Positions 36,548 to 48,529 are shown, counted from the first letter of the whole stretch. The stretch is 62,866 nt of DNA, filler included, from Rhabdomonas costata (GCA_019059605.1; 48 parts of 48 records of this genome joined end to end with filler, not necessarily neighbours in it), one strand, 5' to 3'. Program-made: numbers and translations. The notes: generated from the letters alone by a model not told the origin.

Positions 36548-38256
36548 CTACAACGCCCCCGCCCTCTCCATCCAAAGAAAGCGTCAGACCGAAGAAGCAC
36601 CCTCGACTGAGGAACGGAAAACACCACNNNNNNNNNNNNNNNNNNNNNNNNNNNNNNNNNNNNNNNNNNNNTTAATTAATTAANNNNNNNNNNNNNNNNN
36701 NNNNNNNNNNNNNNNNNNNNNNNNNNNAACCAGCAGTCCGCGGAGAGAAAAGCGAGTGAGTATGCGAGTGGGGGCAGAAGTGCTTCGTCTTGGTTTGAGG
36801 TGGTGAAGGCAGGCTCTTCTGCCCCCACTCGCATACTCACTCGCTTTTCTCTCCGCGGACTGCTGGTTTTGCATTGTCTGTGTGTTCCGAACGTGCTTGT
36901 GCTGCTACATACGTGTGTCGTGTGTCTTTTGCTATACTGCCTCCGGATGAGGGCACCCTAGGCGAGCGCTCACGCTCGTTGGGCCCACCATCCCCCCCTC
37001 CCGCCCGTATCGCCGTAGCCAATACTTCCTGCTTCGCTTGAACCCCCTCTGGAATCCATGGGTGTTATAGCGGACCCTTGGTGGTCGCGGCCTTTCACCA
37101 AATTATAGTCCACTTTCTGCCTTTTTGGATTGCCCCGATACGAGGAGGGGAGGGGAGGGGTACAGGAGTTGAGCGGTGGTGCCACGAGGGAGAAGCTCCC
37201 TTTTGCCGTGAAGAAAAGAGAAGCTCCGAGAGATGGCTGTGCGTGTGTCGCATCCGGCCAACATTTTTGTTAGCTTTGCGAAGTGGGGAGTGTTTCTGCA
37301 GTTTGAGGGCTGATTGTCGCTGATTGTGTGTGTGCGCGGGGGGCACCCCCGCCCGCGTTTCTTGGGGAACGGCAGCATCATCCCTCTGTGTGTATTTAGT
37401 GCTGCCGTCCGCCATGTTGCAAACCCGACATGCACTTGCGTCTTTGAATAATTGAGTGGTATGTGTGTATGTGCCTGGCGAGCGAAGGGTGAAGACCACA
37501 ATGTGCATGTACGCGCAGGTTTGAGTCACGGGATTAACCCCTCCCCTCCTTCTGACCCTTGGCTGGCCCGGGTGCTGTGTTTGGTCCCTGTCCCACTGTC
37601 CGCTTCACCCCAATCCCTGGCCCCATTTTGCTTGTTTGCGCATGTGGTTACCTTTGACGTGATTGCTGTGGTGCGAACCCCCCCCCCCGTCGTGCAGCGG
37701 GGATCTTCTTCCCGTGGGCCCCCGGGGGATGCTGCGCATATCCCATGCGCAATGTCTCCACCACCACGTACACACAAACTGGACGGACAAGGACACGCGG
37801 CTTTCAGTCCCATGTTTTTGCACCCTTCCACCGTGCCCGGCAGAAAAGAAAGTTGCAAGGTCAGTAAAAAGGAAAGGTCAGCTGGTTTGGATTTGGCGCT
37901 TGTTCCTCTGTTAAGCGGTTGCGGGATGTTCGGAAAGTTNNNNNNNNNNNNNNNNNNNNNNNNNNNNNNNNNNNNNNNNNNNNTTAATTAATTAANNNNN
38001 NNNNNNNNNNNNNNNNNNNNNNNNNNNNNNNNNNNNNNNTGTGGGTGGGTGAAAGTGGAAAGAGAAGTGGCGTGGGCAGCGGATATACTGGTTACACTCT
38101 TTCCTCTATAACTTCCAAAACTTCGATCGGAGTTATCCAATCACCGCCTTCTCTATTTTCTTCTCTTAGTGGGGTGGGGGAGTGGGATGGGGGAGTCACA
38201 AGGGAATATAGTTGACGAGAGCAGAGCGTGCTGAGTTTTTCTTTAATTTCGCTCAG

Positions 38257-39250
38257 ACGGGAACGCCACCCTGTACGAGAGGCTTGGCGGTGCCGGGGTA
38301 CTCTCCACGGTGGTGACTCAGCTCTCGCTCTCCCACAGCGTGGCCCCAGGCACGGTGACGGATGCCCGGGTGCGTTATTTCCTAAAGCGCTTGCTCACCC
38401 TTGCCTTTAGCCGATGCGCCCCGCCCCCGCCGGAGAGCTCCTCCTCCGAAGCCCCGGAGACGATGCGCTTCCAGGCCACTCCGAGGAGTCAGACCCGGAG
38501 AATAGCAGGGATGCCCCACGTATCCCTGCCCAGCCTAAAGGTGACCTACCGGCACCTCATCTCGGAAGGGTGGTTGAACCCGACGTGCATCGAGAACCTG
38601 CCGCTGGGGGTTTCTGAAGTTCTGAAGGGCCTGGACCCGCCCATCAACCAGCTCCCTGAGCGCAGGCAGAGCCTGATCACCGAAGCGTACGCCGCCGTGC
38701 AGTGCCTAGGGGATGAGATCATTGCAGCTCAGGACAGCGGGGGTTACTTCTCACCTCCTGAGGAGGAGGTGCCCAAGCAGCCTCAGCTTCCTTCTCAATC
38801 TCGGAGGGAGTCACAGCGAATTTCGACAGGTGCTACCCCACCCTCTGCTCGCACGGGCTCGAAGGTCCCCGGGAAGGAATCCAAGGATTCCTCGAAAGAG
38901 CCCAACCTTCTGCAGCTTTTCGATTCCGTAGCGGGCTCTCCTAAGGCCGCGCCCGGGACAGCACCCCCGAGCAAACGTAACTCTCACTCCACAACAGAGC
39001 TTTCGATGCATTTCAAAACGCCAGCGAAGGCGGATCCCTCGCAGAGCATCCAGAATCCACCAGTGCGAAGGTCGCTGGCTAATAAGACCCCTGCGCCGGC
39101 CGAAGCTAGGCAGGAAAAGGCCTCGAGCACAGCAGGGAACCCCGTCCCAGCATCCCAACCAGCTTCGTCGTCCCATGGGTGTCGGAAGACCACCTACCTG
39201 CGGGGAAAGCGGAGTCTGGAGGTGGAGCCTGAGCAGCCCCACAAAACCAC
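38257..39250 (+). CDS. Large exon: divergent truncated-hemoglobin-like domain followed by a Ser/Pro-rich disordered tail
   Basis: The frame is open from acceptor ctcag| (38256) to the contig end; contains TLYERLGG, DARVRYF, LLTLAF, SLKVTYRHL and SLITEAYAAV...DEII. Coding status is well supported; the globin call is by eye. Confidence 0.65.
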
Positions 39251-39489
39251 NNNNNNNNNNNNNNNNNNNNNNNNNNNNNNNNNNNNNNNNNNNNTTAATT
39301 AATTAANNNNNNNNNNNNNNNNNNNNNNNNNNNNNNNNNNNNNNNNNNNNCCGCTCCACCTGCCGAAAAAGACTCTGGTGTTGGTGGTGTTAGGAAGAGT
39401 TCTTTGGGTGGCAGCTTGAAGTCCCAACACTGCTATCGCGGCCGCAAAACGCCCTAAAGATTGGCGAAACTAACGACATTTAAACAGAC

Positions 39490-40020
39490 CTCCTTCTGCA
39501 GCCGGAGATCATCTTCCCTTCTTCCATGCACAAGCAAAACGGTGCTCTCAGGAGAAGCTAGCATAATCAACTTCGCATCATCGGAGGCCACCTCATATTC
39601 AGTATAATGAAGATACAGAACGAAACGAACGCGTGTGCCAAAGCGGAGCGGACGGACAGCACCACAAATGCAGCGCGGGGTTAGATGCCAGCAGACTGCG
39701 CACTTGTGTGCCATCTGCTTGTGTCTAGAGGCGAGGTAATGTGTGGTGTTGGTGAAGAACAGCTCCCGTTTCGCTTCGCGCAAATCGTCAGCGCCTACAC
39801 CACTAAATGGATCTGAAAACAGATGATTAAACTTCATCAAGTCAATCCACAGAAACGAAGAAAAAAAACGCCCCAAAAAAAGCTCTGAAAAGCCTAAGCT
39901 TAAAAAAGACGCACCTGGTTTCAACACACAATCTGTGGTCCGATGCCTGCACCACCCGTGTCGATCACACCAAAGAGGTCTTTTTGCACCCTTTTTTGGA
40001 ACTACCAGGACTTCTGCCAT
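39490..40020 (-). CDS. DTW-domain protein (tRNA-uridine aminocarboxypropyltransferase, DTWD2/TapT-like), exons 40020-39915 and 39812-39490
   Basis: KCAVCWHLTPRCIC...TRVRFVLYLHYTEYEVAS..AKL matches the DTW N-terminal CxxC..CxC plus HxxE motif; 102-nt GT-AG intron. Confidence 0.75.
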
Positions 40021-40339
40021 TTGAAGAAAGTTTCTGAGTGGACAAATGTGAGCAAGTGGGCTCTTCAAGTTGTCCTCTCCAGAAAGAGAGTGGAGAACGC
40101 AGAGACAAACGTTTTACGTTTTCTCTGCGCGGTGTCACCGAAGAAATTAAAAAGAAGGAACGTGAGAAGAAATAGAACGGTAAACCAGTGCGAAAGAAGA
40201 ACCAAAACAAGGGGCACTATGTACAATTCAAAATTGAAATTTGTATTCGTCAGAAAAACCAAACGACATTAAACCAGCCTCCTGCCCTTCTGGCTCCACC
40301 AACTTACCCAGAGCAACACTCGCCCGAGGCCCTCGCCCA

Positions 40340-40555
40340 AATGGCCTCCGACTCCCGCCTGCCAGACTTCCTGAAGCCTGTGGTCCCCCTCCTTCAGCAC
40401 TGCATGACCAACCCCCTGGACGAGAAAGCCCAGATACTCGGCCGGGCCTCTTACTCCTCCCTGGCTGGCTGGATAAACCAGCAGCCAGTGCCGTCCTCGC
40501 AGCCCCCTCCTGAAGCGCAGCTGGCCCCGTGGGGGGAGTGGGTGGGCTCTCCCCC
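40340..40555 (+). CDS. Unknown ORF fragment divergent from the DTW gene
   Basis: GC3-rich open frame MASDSRLPDFLKPVVPLLQHCMTNPLDEKAQILGRASYSSLAGW...; no family recognised. Confidence 0.4.
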
Positions 40556-40813
40556 CAACCACNNNNNNNNNNNNNNNNNNNNNNNNNNNNNNNNNNNNNN
40601 NNNNNNTTAATTAATTAANNNNNNNNNNNNNNNNNNNNNNNNNNNNNNNNNNNNNNNNNNNNTGTTTGTTTGTTTCCTTTTAAGTACTGTTGATCAGTTG
40701 TGACACTTACTGGTTCTGTTATCGTTTTTTGTTCTTCTTGCTGAGCTCAGTGAGCACAGCCTGCCTGTGTTTGCCCAATGTAAAACACATTTTTGTTCGT
40801 TTTCTTTTAATAG

Positions 40814-41504
40814 GAGGGGAGTTGGTGCCTCCGTAACTCGAGTTGCACCCTACTTTGGGATCAAGTTTATGTCTCTGGAGAGGTACAAAGAAGGCATGAA
40901 GGCTGCGGGGCTCCCGCAGCCTGTGTGTGCCTTCTTGGGTGGCTCCCTAGCAGGCATGACCGCTGTTGTGGCGACTTACCCCTTCGACATCATGCGCGCC
41001 CGAATGGCTGCCCTAGAAGTCACCACCCAGGCCAAGGCCAAAACGACCTACAGGTCGATGTTTCGCGAGATTTATTCCCAGAGGGGTATTGCTGGATTGT
41101 ACCGTGGGATGTCCATCACGCTGAAGGGCATCTGCCTACACGACGGAGTAAAGTTTGGACTGTACGACATTGGCAAGGGGCAGATCGTCTCCGCCTTCCA
41201 AAAGGAACCGAAAGACCTTCCCTTCTGGGGCCGCGTGGTGAGTGGCGCGCTGAGCGGGTTGGTCGCCCAGACGGTGGCGTACCCAACGGATGTCCTGCGG
41301 CGCCGGGTGCAGACATCGGACTCAGCCAAGGTTCCCTACCGTGGGATCATTCAGGGTATGCTCAAGATATATCGCGAGGAGGGCTTTGCCGGAGGCCTAT
41401 TCCGGGGCTGGACCGTAAACTGCCTCAAGGCGATGCCCAATATTGCCATGTACATGTCCATGTACGATCTGATGACCATGCGGCTGAGGTCTTGGGGATG
41501 GTAA
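40814..41504 (+). CDS. Mitochondrial carrier (SLC25; CoA-carrier SLC25A42/SLC25A16/Leu5-like), last exon
   Basis: RVAPYFGIKF, TYPFDIMRARMA, GLYRG, AYPTDVLRRRVQ and GLFRG give Px[DE]xx[KR]xR repeats 2 and 3. Confidence 0.92.
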
Positions 41505-43292
41505 GACCCTTCCCTACCGCTTGTTCCACCTCTTCAAGTACTCCCCCTCCGAATTTTCACCCCTTGTTTATGCTCTCCCATGTCAAAAAGAAAGAGGAAA
41601 ATATCTTCGTTCGCGTGCTTCCCTGTTCAGCGCTGGTGATCGGAATCGGCATCGTTGAATAATGCATCTAAACTTGTTGGCATCCTTACGGGACATTAGG
41701 GAAAAGGAACAATACGTGCCCTGTTTGTGTCAACACTATGAAGCTGGTCTGCCCATTTGAAAATAAATACTTGTGTTTGGGGTTCTTACTGGCTTGCCCA
41801 CAGCTAAAATTTCCTTCCGTCTGCGGTGGCTCGTGCCACACCTTAAAATGCAACCAACCTCCTGTCACCAGCGNNNNNNNNNNNNNNNNNNNNNNNNNNN
41901 NNNNNNNNNNNNNNNNNTTAATTAATTAANNNNNNNNNNNNNNNNNNNNNNNNNNNNNNNNNNNNNNNNNNNNCACCAACAACCATGAGTGATTGATTGG
42001 AGTGGTGAATGCAGGGGTACATTAACCCTTACATCCTGTGGTCATGATGAGGGATGGTGTGGGTTTTGAATGTGGGCTGATGGTGATGATAGTATGGTGT
42101 GGTGGATCTGGAATTCGTGGTGAGTGTGGTTGTTGGCGTTGTGTGTGCTTCTGGTATGAAGTGCATTTGAGGGGCTGGTGGTGTGGGTGTTTGCAATGAC
42201 GTTGGTATGTGTGTGTGTTGGAGTTAGTGTCTCTGTCTCTGTCCATGGGTTTTTTGTCTGGTGTCGGTGCTGCTTCTGTATACGCTTCTGTCTCAGGTTG
42301 TGTTTCCGCTTCAGTCTCAGGTTTTGGTACTGTATCAGATTCTGCTTCTGTGGTTACGGTTCAGCAGATTTCCCTCGGGATAGGTAATTTTTGAACGCAA
42401 TACGGCACTGAATAAATTAATCAAGCTAGCATTCATTCATACTTTTTTGAAAGACGATTCACCACAGGATTTGTACGTCAGTCTGAAAAACAGACACCAC
42501 ACGTGATGACGTTGCCAACAATGGATTATGCTAGCAGAGGCCACTGGGAACAACAGAGAAAAGGTAGTGTTGCTCACGTACACCAACTGAGCTGATGTTA
42601 ATTTTGCATGGTGATACATGCGCGTACCTCCCATGTCGTTACACTTCCATGTCCATCTGCAACCAGTTGACACAAATCACAATAAACGTGAGTGTACAAC
42701 CAACTAGTAGTAGTATACCATGGTTGTGGACGTACGGTTGTTGATGGTAGTAGTGTGTGAGTAATGGTAGTAACAGTTTTACCCACCACCATCACTACAC
42801 CTGAGACTCACCCTGCTACTGGGTGGGTGTGGCAAGAATGGAATTGATGCATCCAGCTAAACATGCTGTGTGTCACTCACTCACTTCATCTACGAGAATC
42901 CAACCCTGATTTAAAGTGTCACAGAGGGCTACCATGATAAGAAATGATATACACTGATGTACGACTGATATGAGATGGCACATCAATGGTACATATGGCC
43001 GCTTCAGTAGCTGCGCTACTTTCAATGATGCTGTTGTGTTCATTTCACATTCATATCCGTTATTGTGCCATGCCATCCACCAACTATTACACGTGATGAT
43101 GAATGGTGATGTCATGGCCCTTTCCACAGTTGGATGTCATGATGCTACGTGGCAATGTGATGCATGCTAACCAAAAACCACACCCNNNNNNNNNNNNNNN
43201 NNNNNNNNNNNNNNNNNNNNNNNNNNNNNTTAATTAATTAANNNNNNNNNNNNNNNNNNNNNNNNNNNNNNNNNNNNNNNNNNNNGTGGGGG

Positions 43293-43499
43293 GTGGTGCC
43301 TGGGCTCTCCCCCAGAATGGCCACCGATCTGCCCGCGCTGAGCGCCCAGCTCCGGCGGTACTCTGCGGCGTACGGGCCGGGGCTGGTTCTGTGGAAGAGT
43401 GGGTTTGTCGGGGACATCGCAGAGGCCCTCCCGGAGGCCACCCACTGGGGGCCCAGGACCGCGGTTCACTTGGTGCCCCTGCCCCGCACTCGCCCTTAG
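43293..43499 (+). CDS. C-terminus of a CDIN1/C15orf41 (TPD-domain) nuclease-like protein
   Basis: QLRRYSAAYGPGLVLWKSGF resembles the conserved QFxxYxxxFGPGLVIYxxGF motif; stop at 43497-43499. Confidence 0.6.
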   Translation: MVPGLSPRMATDLPALSAQLRRYSAAYGPGLVLWKSGFVGDIAEALPEATHWGPRTAVHLVPLPRTRP

Positions 43500-43905
43500 G
43501 AGGAGGGAGGATGGCATTTGCCTATGGGGCCTGTGTGTCAGAGGCAAGTTGATTGTAGTAATGGTGGGGAGGCTTTCCGCCGCACTTATGGGAGGGCTGT
43601 TCTTCGTTAGACTTTGGATGATGGGCTGAGAGATGGAAGCGATACACGATCACCTGTTGAGTTGAAGAATCAGGGATACTAGTCCCAGACGTCGATTTGA
43701 TCTCCACACTTCCCCATTCTTCCATTTATGAGTGAAGGTATGCACGCCGGATCTGGACATGTCAGTATCTTTGCTTGGGACCGTGGTTTCTTGCACCGTG
43801 GTTTCTTTCTTTCTTCTCCCTCTGGAATGCCTGCTGTATCTCTGCTTGGCTTTCAGCCGCCCATTTTTTTCCCTGCCTTTTTCTTTTTGTCCCGCTCGTT
43901 CCCCG

Positions 43906-44496
43906 ATGTCGCCCATGAGAACACGTGGGCTGGTGGTGATTGGCCTAGCGGTCGCCGTGGTGCTTTTTGGCCTTCACTTGCGGACCTCCTCCCCATCCCC
44001 AGAGCCTGGTCAGTGCACCTTCACGGACGGCACGGTGTACCCATGCCCGAACATCTTTGACTGGGAGTTCTACTCCGGGCTGTACCCCGACGTCGGCGCA
44101 AAATCCTGGGCGCAGGCTTGGGCACACTGGCAAGCCAAGGGGATCCGGGAGGGCCGCCGTGCCCACCCCGGGCCCCGAGTGGTGAAGGTTGTGCTGATGA
44201 CCAAGGACTCCGACGCCATGGTGCAGTCCTGGGTGGCGTACCACTCCTCCCTGTTTGGGGCGGAGAACTTATACATCTTGGACGGCGGCACCTCCCCCAC
44301 TGCCCTCTGGCGGACCTCCCGCGTGGCAGGGGGGACCACCAACCGCTCCAGCCCTGGGTATTCCACTCCACGGCAAGCCTGGAGGGGCTGGAAGCGGAGA
44401 TTAACCGGGTTATGCACAGCCTGAGGCATTCCTGTGACTTCATGGTGAAGCTGGACACGGACGAGCTAATCACGGTGCTTCGAGGCTGGAACAGCC
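43906..44496 (+). CDS. Type II membrane GT2-like glycosyltransferase, intronless 5' part with an apparent frameshift near 44305-44360
   Basis: N-terminal TM helix, FDWEFYSGLYPDV...AWAHWQAKGIREGR module, VVLMTKD...WVAYHSSLFGAENLYILDG, then in another frame CDFMVKLDTDELI (DxDE motif). Confidence 0.78.
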
Positions 44497-45265
44497 NNNN
44501 NNNNNNNNNNNNNNNNNNNNNNNNNNNNNNNNNNNNNNNNTTAATTAATTAANNNNNNNNNNNNNNNNNNNNNNNNNNNNNNNNNNNNNNNNNNNNCAGT
44601 GCTGAGTTAAAGGGCGAGAGTTCCCTTGCCGAGCACGCACGCCCAAAAAATTACAGTGAGAAGAGGGTGGGGAAGTAGCCCGCAGAGCGCGAGCCTCCAA
44701 CCAGTGTGCTTTTGAGAAGAAAGGGGAACCCTTTGAAGACAGTCTCTATCCGCTTCGCTGAAGCTGGAGTAACAAACCGCAACCCATAATCATGTTGCTA
44801 CCTTACCCTTCCATATACCAAAGGTGAAGGATCTCTGACGGCACGCGCCAGAACTTCATTATTGCAGTCGGAAGATGCTGGTGGCTTTTGCTGGTGGCTT
44901 TTACTCGCAATGCTCGTAGTCTTGCAGTGATTCCTGCGCCATCAAGTTGGTGTTTGCCGAGAAGAAACAATAAATAAAGGCAACGTATCATGACAGTAAA
45001 TAATGGCACTCTTCGTACGTACTTCTGCTAGACCTGCGCCCCCGGGGTTCCAGAGCAAAGTTAGCAATTTTAGGCACATTATCTCACGGCCCAGAGCAAG
45101 GTGGGACACCCTGGTTCATGCGCTACTTGTCGTCTGTACAGTAGGGTGAAAGGTGTATAGGAGGAGCACGCTTGTAATGTGTGTTCGAAGGTGGCTCCGC
45201 GTCTTCCAGCGGAATCTCTTGAGCATGAAGGACCCGCCCCCCGCCCCTCCTGCCTTCCTTTCCAG

Positions 45266-45414
45266 ATGAGCTCAATTCCGGGCTGTTGGCGACCTTCCAG
45301 CTGGCGCCCGTGGCGCCGGCGTCCCAGCTGACCGCGCAGAAAGCCGCTGCGCTGAATCTTCTGTACAACATCATGTCGCAGCGGTGCTTCGACCAGCTCC
45401 GCACCATCGAAAAG
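45266..45414 (+). CDS. Insulysin-family (M16A) peptidase, C-terminal-domain exon
   Basis: ttccag|ELNSGLLATFQ...LNLLYNIMSQRCFDQLRTIEK|gt matches the IDE-family F..LRT.EQLGY motif. Confidence 0.82.
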
Positions 45415-46600
45415 GTTTTGGCGCGAGCGATCAGCCTCCGTTCCCTTTTGCCCGTGTTTGTTTTCCATTGGTTGGAGAGTTGACCTCCGGGAGTCAATCC
45501 CCCTCCCCCTGCCCACCTCTGCCCGCACCCCTCCTATGGTTTATTGCAATCAGCTAGAAGTCGTCAGGCATCTGCTGTTCCCTTCACCGGTGGTGTTCAC
45601 TTTGTTTCTTCATCTCTGCAGAGAATAGAGAGGATAGAGTTCGCAATGAACCTTCCTCTTTTTTCGCGCGCTGCTGAATGTTTTTTGTTTGCCGGTTTTT
45701 TGAAGGAATATCATTTTCGGTTATTTTTCGTCGGTTGCTTTTCACCGCGAACAAATTTTAACGGAACTGTTTTCCCACTGATATCCTTGCACTCCCCCCC
45801 CCCTTTCNNNNNNNNNNNNNNNNNNNNNNNNNNNNNNNNNNNNNNNNNNNNTTAATTAATTAANNNNNNNNNNNNNNNNNNNNNNNNNNNNNNNNNNNNN
45901 NNNNNNNGTGTTGGGTGTGGTTGGCGCCTTCCCCTCTGGAAACGGGATTATGGGAGACGACGAATGAATGCCACTCGCATCTTGCTCCGCTCCGCTCGGC
46001 GGCCCAAGACACCTGGAAATACGCCCGTGAACGTGTGTATCGCTATCTAACCCCCTGCAAATGCCTCTATTGGAATCCCAGGGGACACGTGCATCGCCTC
46101 TCGTGACACCTCCGATGCCCAAAATTCTGATTGTCTGTGCCACCTTAAAAGTCTGGTCCGATGCGTTGTTTGGAGGGGGGATGTTAAACGGTTTTGGGGG
46201 TGTGCTTTCTTCTGATTTTCTGGTGTGTTAGAGGCTGACTTCGGTGAATTTGCCCGGGAAGGGCGATGAACGGTTCCCAGGAGATGCCACACAAAAGGGA
46301 CAGAGTTATTTTAGTGGCGAAGGCCAGCGCCGCGGCCGCCGGAGAGCGAGCGGATGAGGGGACGTTGCCGGGCGGACTAGGGGAGTTTTTGTCGTAATGC
46401 GCCGCAAAAGCGACGGATGGGAAGGGGAGTTTTCTTTCTGGTGGCCCAGCCCACCAGCATAATTTGGAACCTTATCGTTTAACATCGTTAAACGATGTAA
46501 CACCCCCCAAAAAAAGTAACAATTTGCATCGGACCTATTGGGCGTGTATTATATTGCGTCCATGGTTGGTGTCGGGTTAGTGGTGAGTGGCATATCTCAG

Positions 46601-47112
46601 GCGTTTGGCTACGCGGCGCCTGCGTGGGTCGTTGGGCTGATTGTCGCCCAGCTGCTGTTTCTGATTGTCCGTGTGGTGGTGTACAACTTGCTGCTCGTTA
46701 CTCTGGATTCAGCGTTGTCCGGAAGTACGCCCTTTCTGGAAGCAGATTTTTTGGTTCCGTTCCTGGTCCTGCATCACTTTGGGATGCGGCTCAGTTTTGA
46801 CGGTAATTACTTATCTCTTTGGTGTTAAACTTGCTAGTAAAAACCTGTACTTTCTCAGCCCGCCGCTCGATGCGTTTACTTTGGTTTATTTTACACGCCG
46901 TGCTAAACTTCAAAGCCTCGTAAAGAAGAGATGTGCAGCACGCGGGGTAGTGGGTGCATTTTTTTGCTCCTTGATGTGTGGTTGTGACCCTCAGAGGCGG
47001 TGATGCTGGCCACGGTGCTTGGATTTCTGATCCCCGTGGTAGCCTCTATTGTGCCTATCGCCAGCGCCCTCCGGGTGAGCCTGAACGACTCCCTGGACAC
47101 CCGGCACTCCAA
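46601..47112 (+). CDS. FtsX/MacB-like permease of the protist type, exons 46601-46724 and 46995-~47112
   Basis: AFGYAAPAWVVGLIVAQLLF...DSALSG|K|AVMLATVLGFLIPVVASIVPIASALRVSLNDSLDTRHS; FtsX last-helix motif ..P...AL...L.D.LD. Confidence 0.72.
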
Positions 47113-47371
47113 CACAAANNNNNNNNNNNNNNNNNNNNNNNNNNNNNNNNNNNNNNNNNNNNTTAATTAATTAANNNNNNNNNNNNNNNNNNNNNNNNNN
47201 NNNNNNNNNNNNNNNNNNGTTGTTTGGGTGAGCGCTCGCCTTTGTGTCAGCGCGTCCTGGTATGCCTTAGCAAAGGATAGAAGGGACAGAGTAGTGAACG
47301 AGGCCCGATGGACCCTGTCCCGTACCGATTGGTGCGCGGCCTGTTTGTGGGGAAGAGGACTTTGAATTTCC

Positions 47372-47428
47372 CACACAAAAAACGCTCTCTTATATGCGCA
47401 CACAAAAAACGCTCTCTTATATGCGCAC
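47372..47428 (+). repeat. 27-bp direct tandem duplication
   Basis: cacacaaaaaacgctctcttatatgcg x2. Confidence 0.9.
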
Positions 47429-47660
47429 AAGGTGCGTGTGGATGTGTGTGTGTGTGTGTGTTCAGTAGACACAGCCTTCAGTGGTTGCACGTCTGTGCGC
47501 TTTTCCCAAGCGATTCTAGTCGTCGTGTTTTTCGTGGTCATTGTTTTCTTTGGCACATGGGGCTGCTTTCCAAAGTGCGTTTGTGTTTGTCAGGAAATGA
47601 GGGGGTAAGTTTTTGCAAGGTCAACTGAGCCCCCCCCCCCTTCTTTGTGCATGTGTGCAG

Positions 47661-48353
47661 GTCCAGGAGGCTGGCCGAGCTCAGAGCGCCGTGGGCGTGC
47701 TGACCTCGCAGTGCGCGGAGCTTTTGCTTCAGCTCCACAGTAGCTCCGCGGAGAAGGAGCTGGCCACCTCGCTGATTCGCCTGGTGGGCTGCGCCTCGGA
47801 GCGGCCTAGTGAGCTGGTGCGTGGTCGCACTTCCTTTTGGCATCCATCCTCTTTCTTCATGAATCCCCATACGCCTGCGGGAGGCATGTGTTCCAGTTTG
47901 GGCGAGGAATTGGCATCCTATTTTTTTGTTATTGCGAGTACCCTTAATCGATTGTGCCTTCTCTCCTGTTCAAAAAACGAGCAGTGTCCCACTATCATAC
48001 GAATCCACGCTTAGCATATCACCTATCGTAAGTCTCCGTTCTCCCCCCCATCCCTGTGCGTCGCCTTTGCGATCGAAACCATCACAGCTTTACTCGGCGG
48101 CTTAACGAGAGAGGCAACGAGTGGTACCATCAAAGTTTTTGGCTTTTCGGCACTTCATGTATCCATCTCATCCGTTTCGTCGCATTTTCTGTCTTCGCCC
48201 TGCTCAATGGTGACCACTCAGCCCCGCCAGCTGGCCATCATGGAGGGCTGGATGCAGACCTTCTGTGACGACACTGAAGAGCTAATGGAGGAGCTTTACG
48301 TGGCCTCCGCGGCGGGGGAGCTCCTCCTTGCTTTTACCGAGAATCAGACAGAG
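47661..48353 (+). CDS. Unknown helical protein, two exons (47661-47816 and 48222-48353)
   Basis: Phase-0 AG-bounded GC3-rich exons VQEAGRAQSAV...ERPSEL and PRQLAIMEGW...FTENQTE; the second donor would be GC. Confidence 0.6.
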
Positions 48354-48529
48354 GCATTTCTTTGCTCCCCCACCTGCCTGCCCTTCGCGCCCTTTCGCGC
48401 AGCCCATGCCTCAAGTGAGCCCCCCCACANNNNNNNNNNNNNNNNNNNNNNNNNNNNNNNNNNNNNNNNNNNNTTAATTAATTAANNNNNNNNNNNNNNN
48501 NNNNNNNNNNNNNNNNNNNNNNNNNNNNN

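Noticed and set aside
36728-36868. Perfect 53-bp inverted repeat (MITE-like or hairpin-RNA-like)
   Set aside because: One arm ends exactly at the contig terminus. The same pattern occurs at 9181-9252, 16910-16941, 26236-26360, 33785-33994 and 49846-49899, which is typical of amplification fold-back chimeras.
40925-41662. 245-aa alternative-frame ORF overlapping the mitochondrial carrier
   Set aside because: Shadow ORF of a GC3-rich coding exon, with no recognisable motifs.
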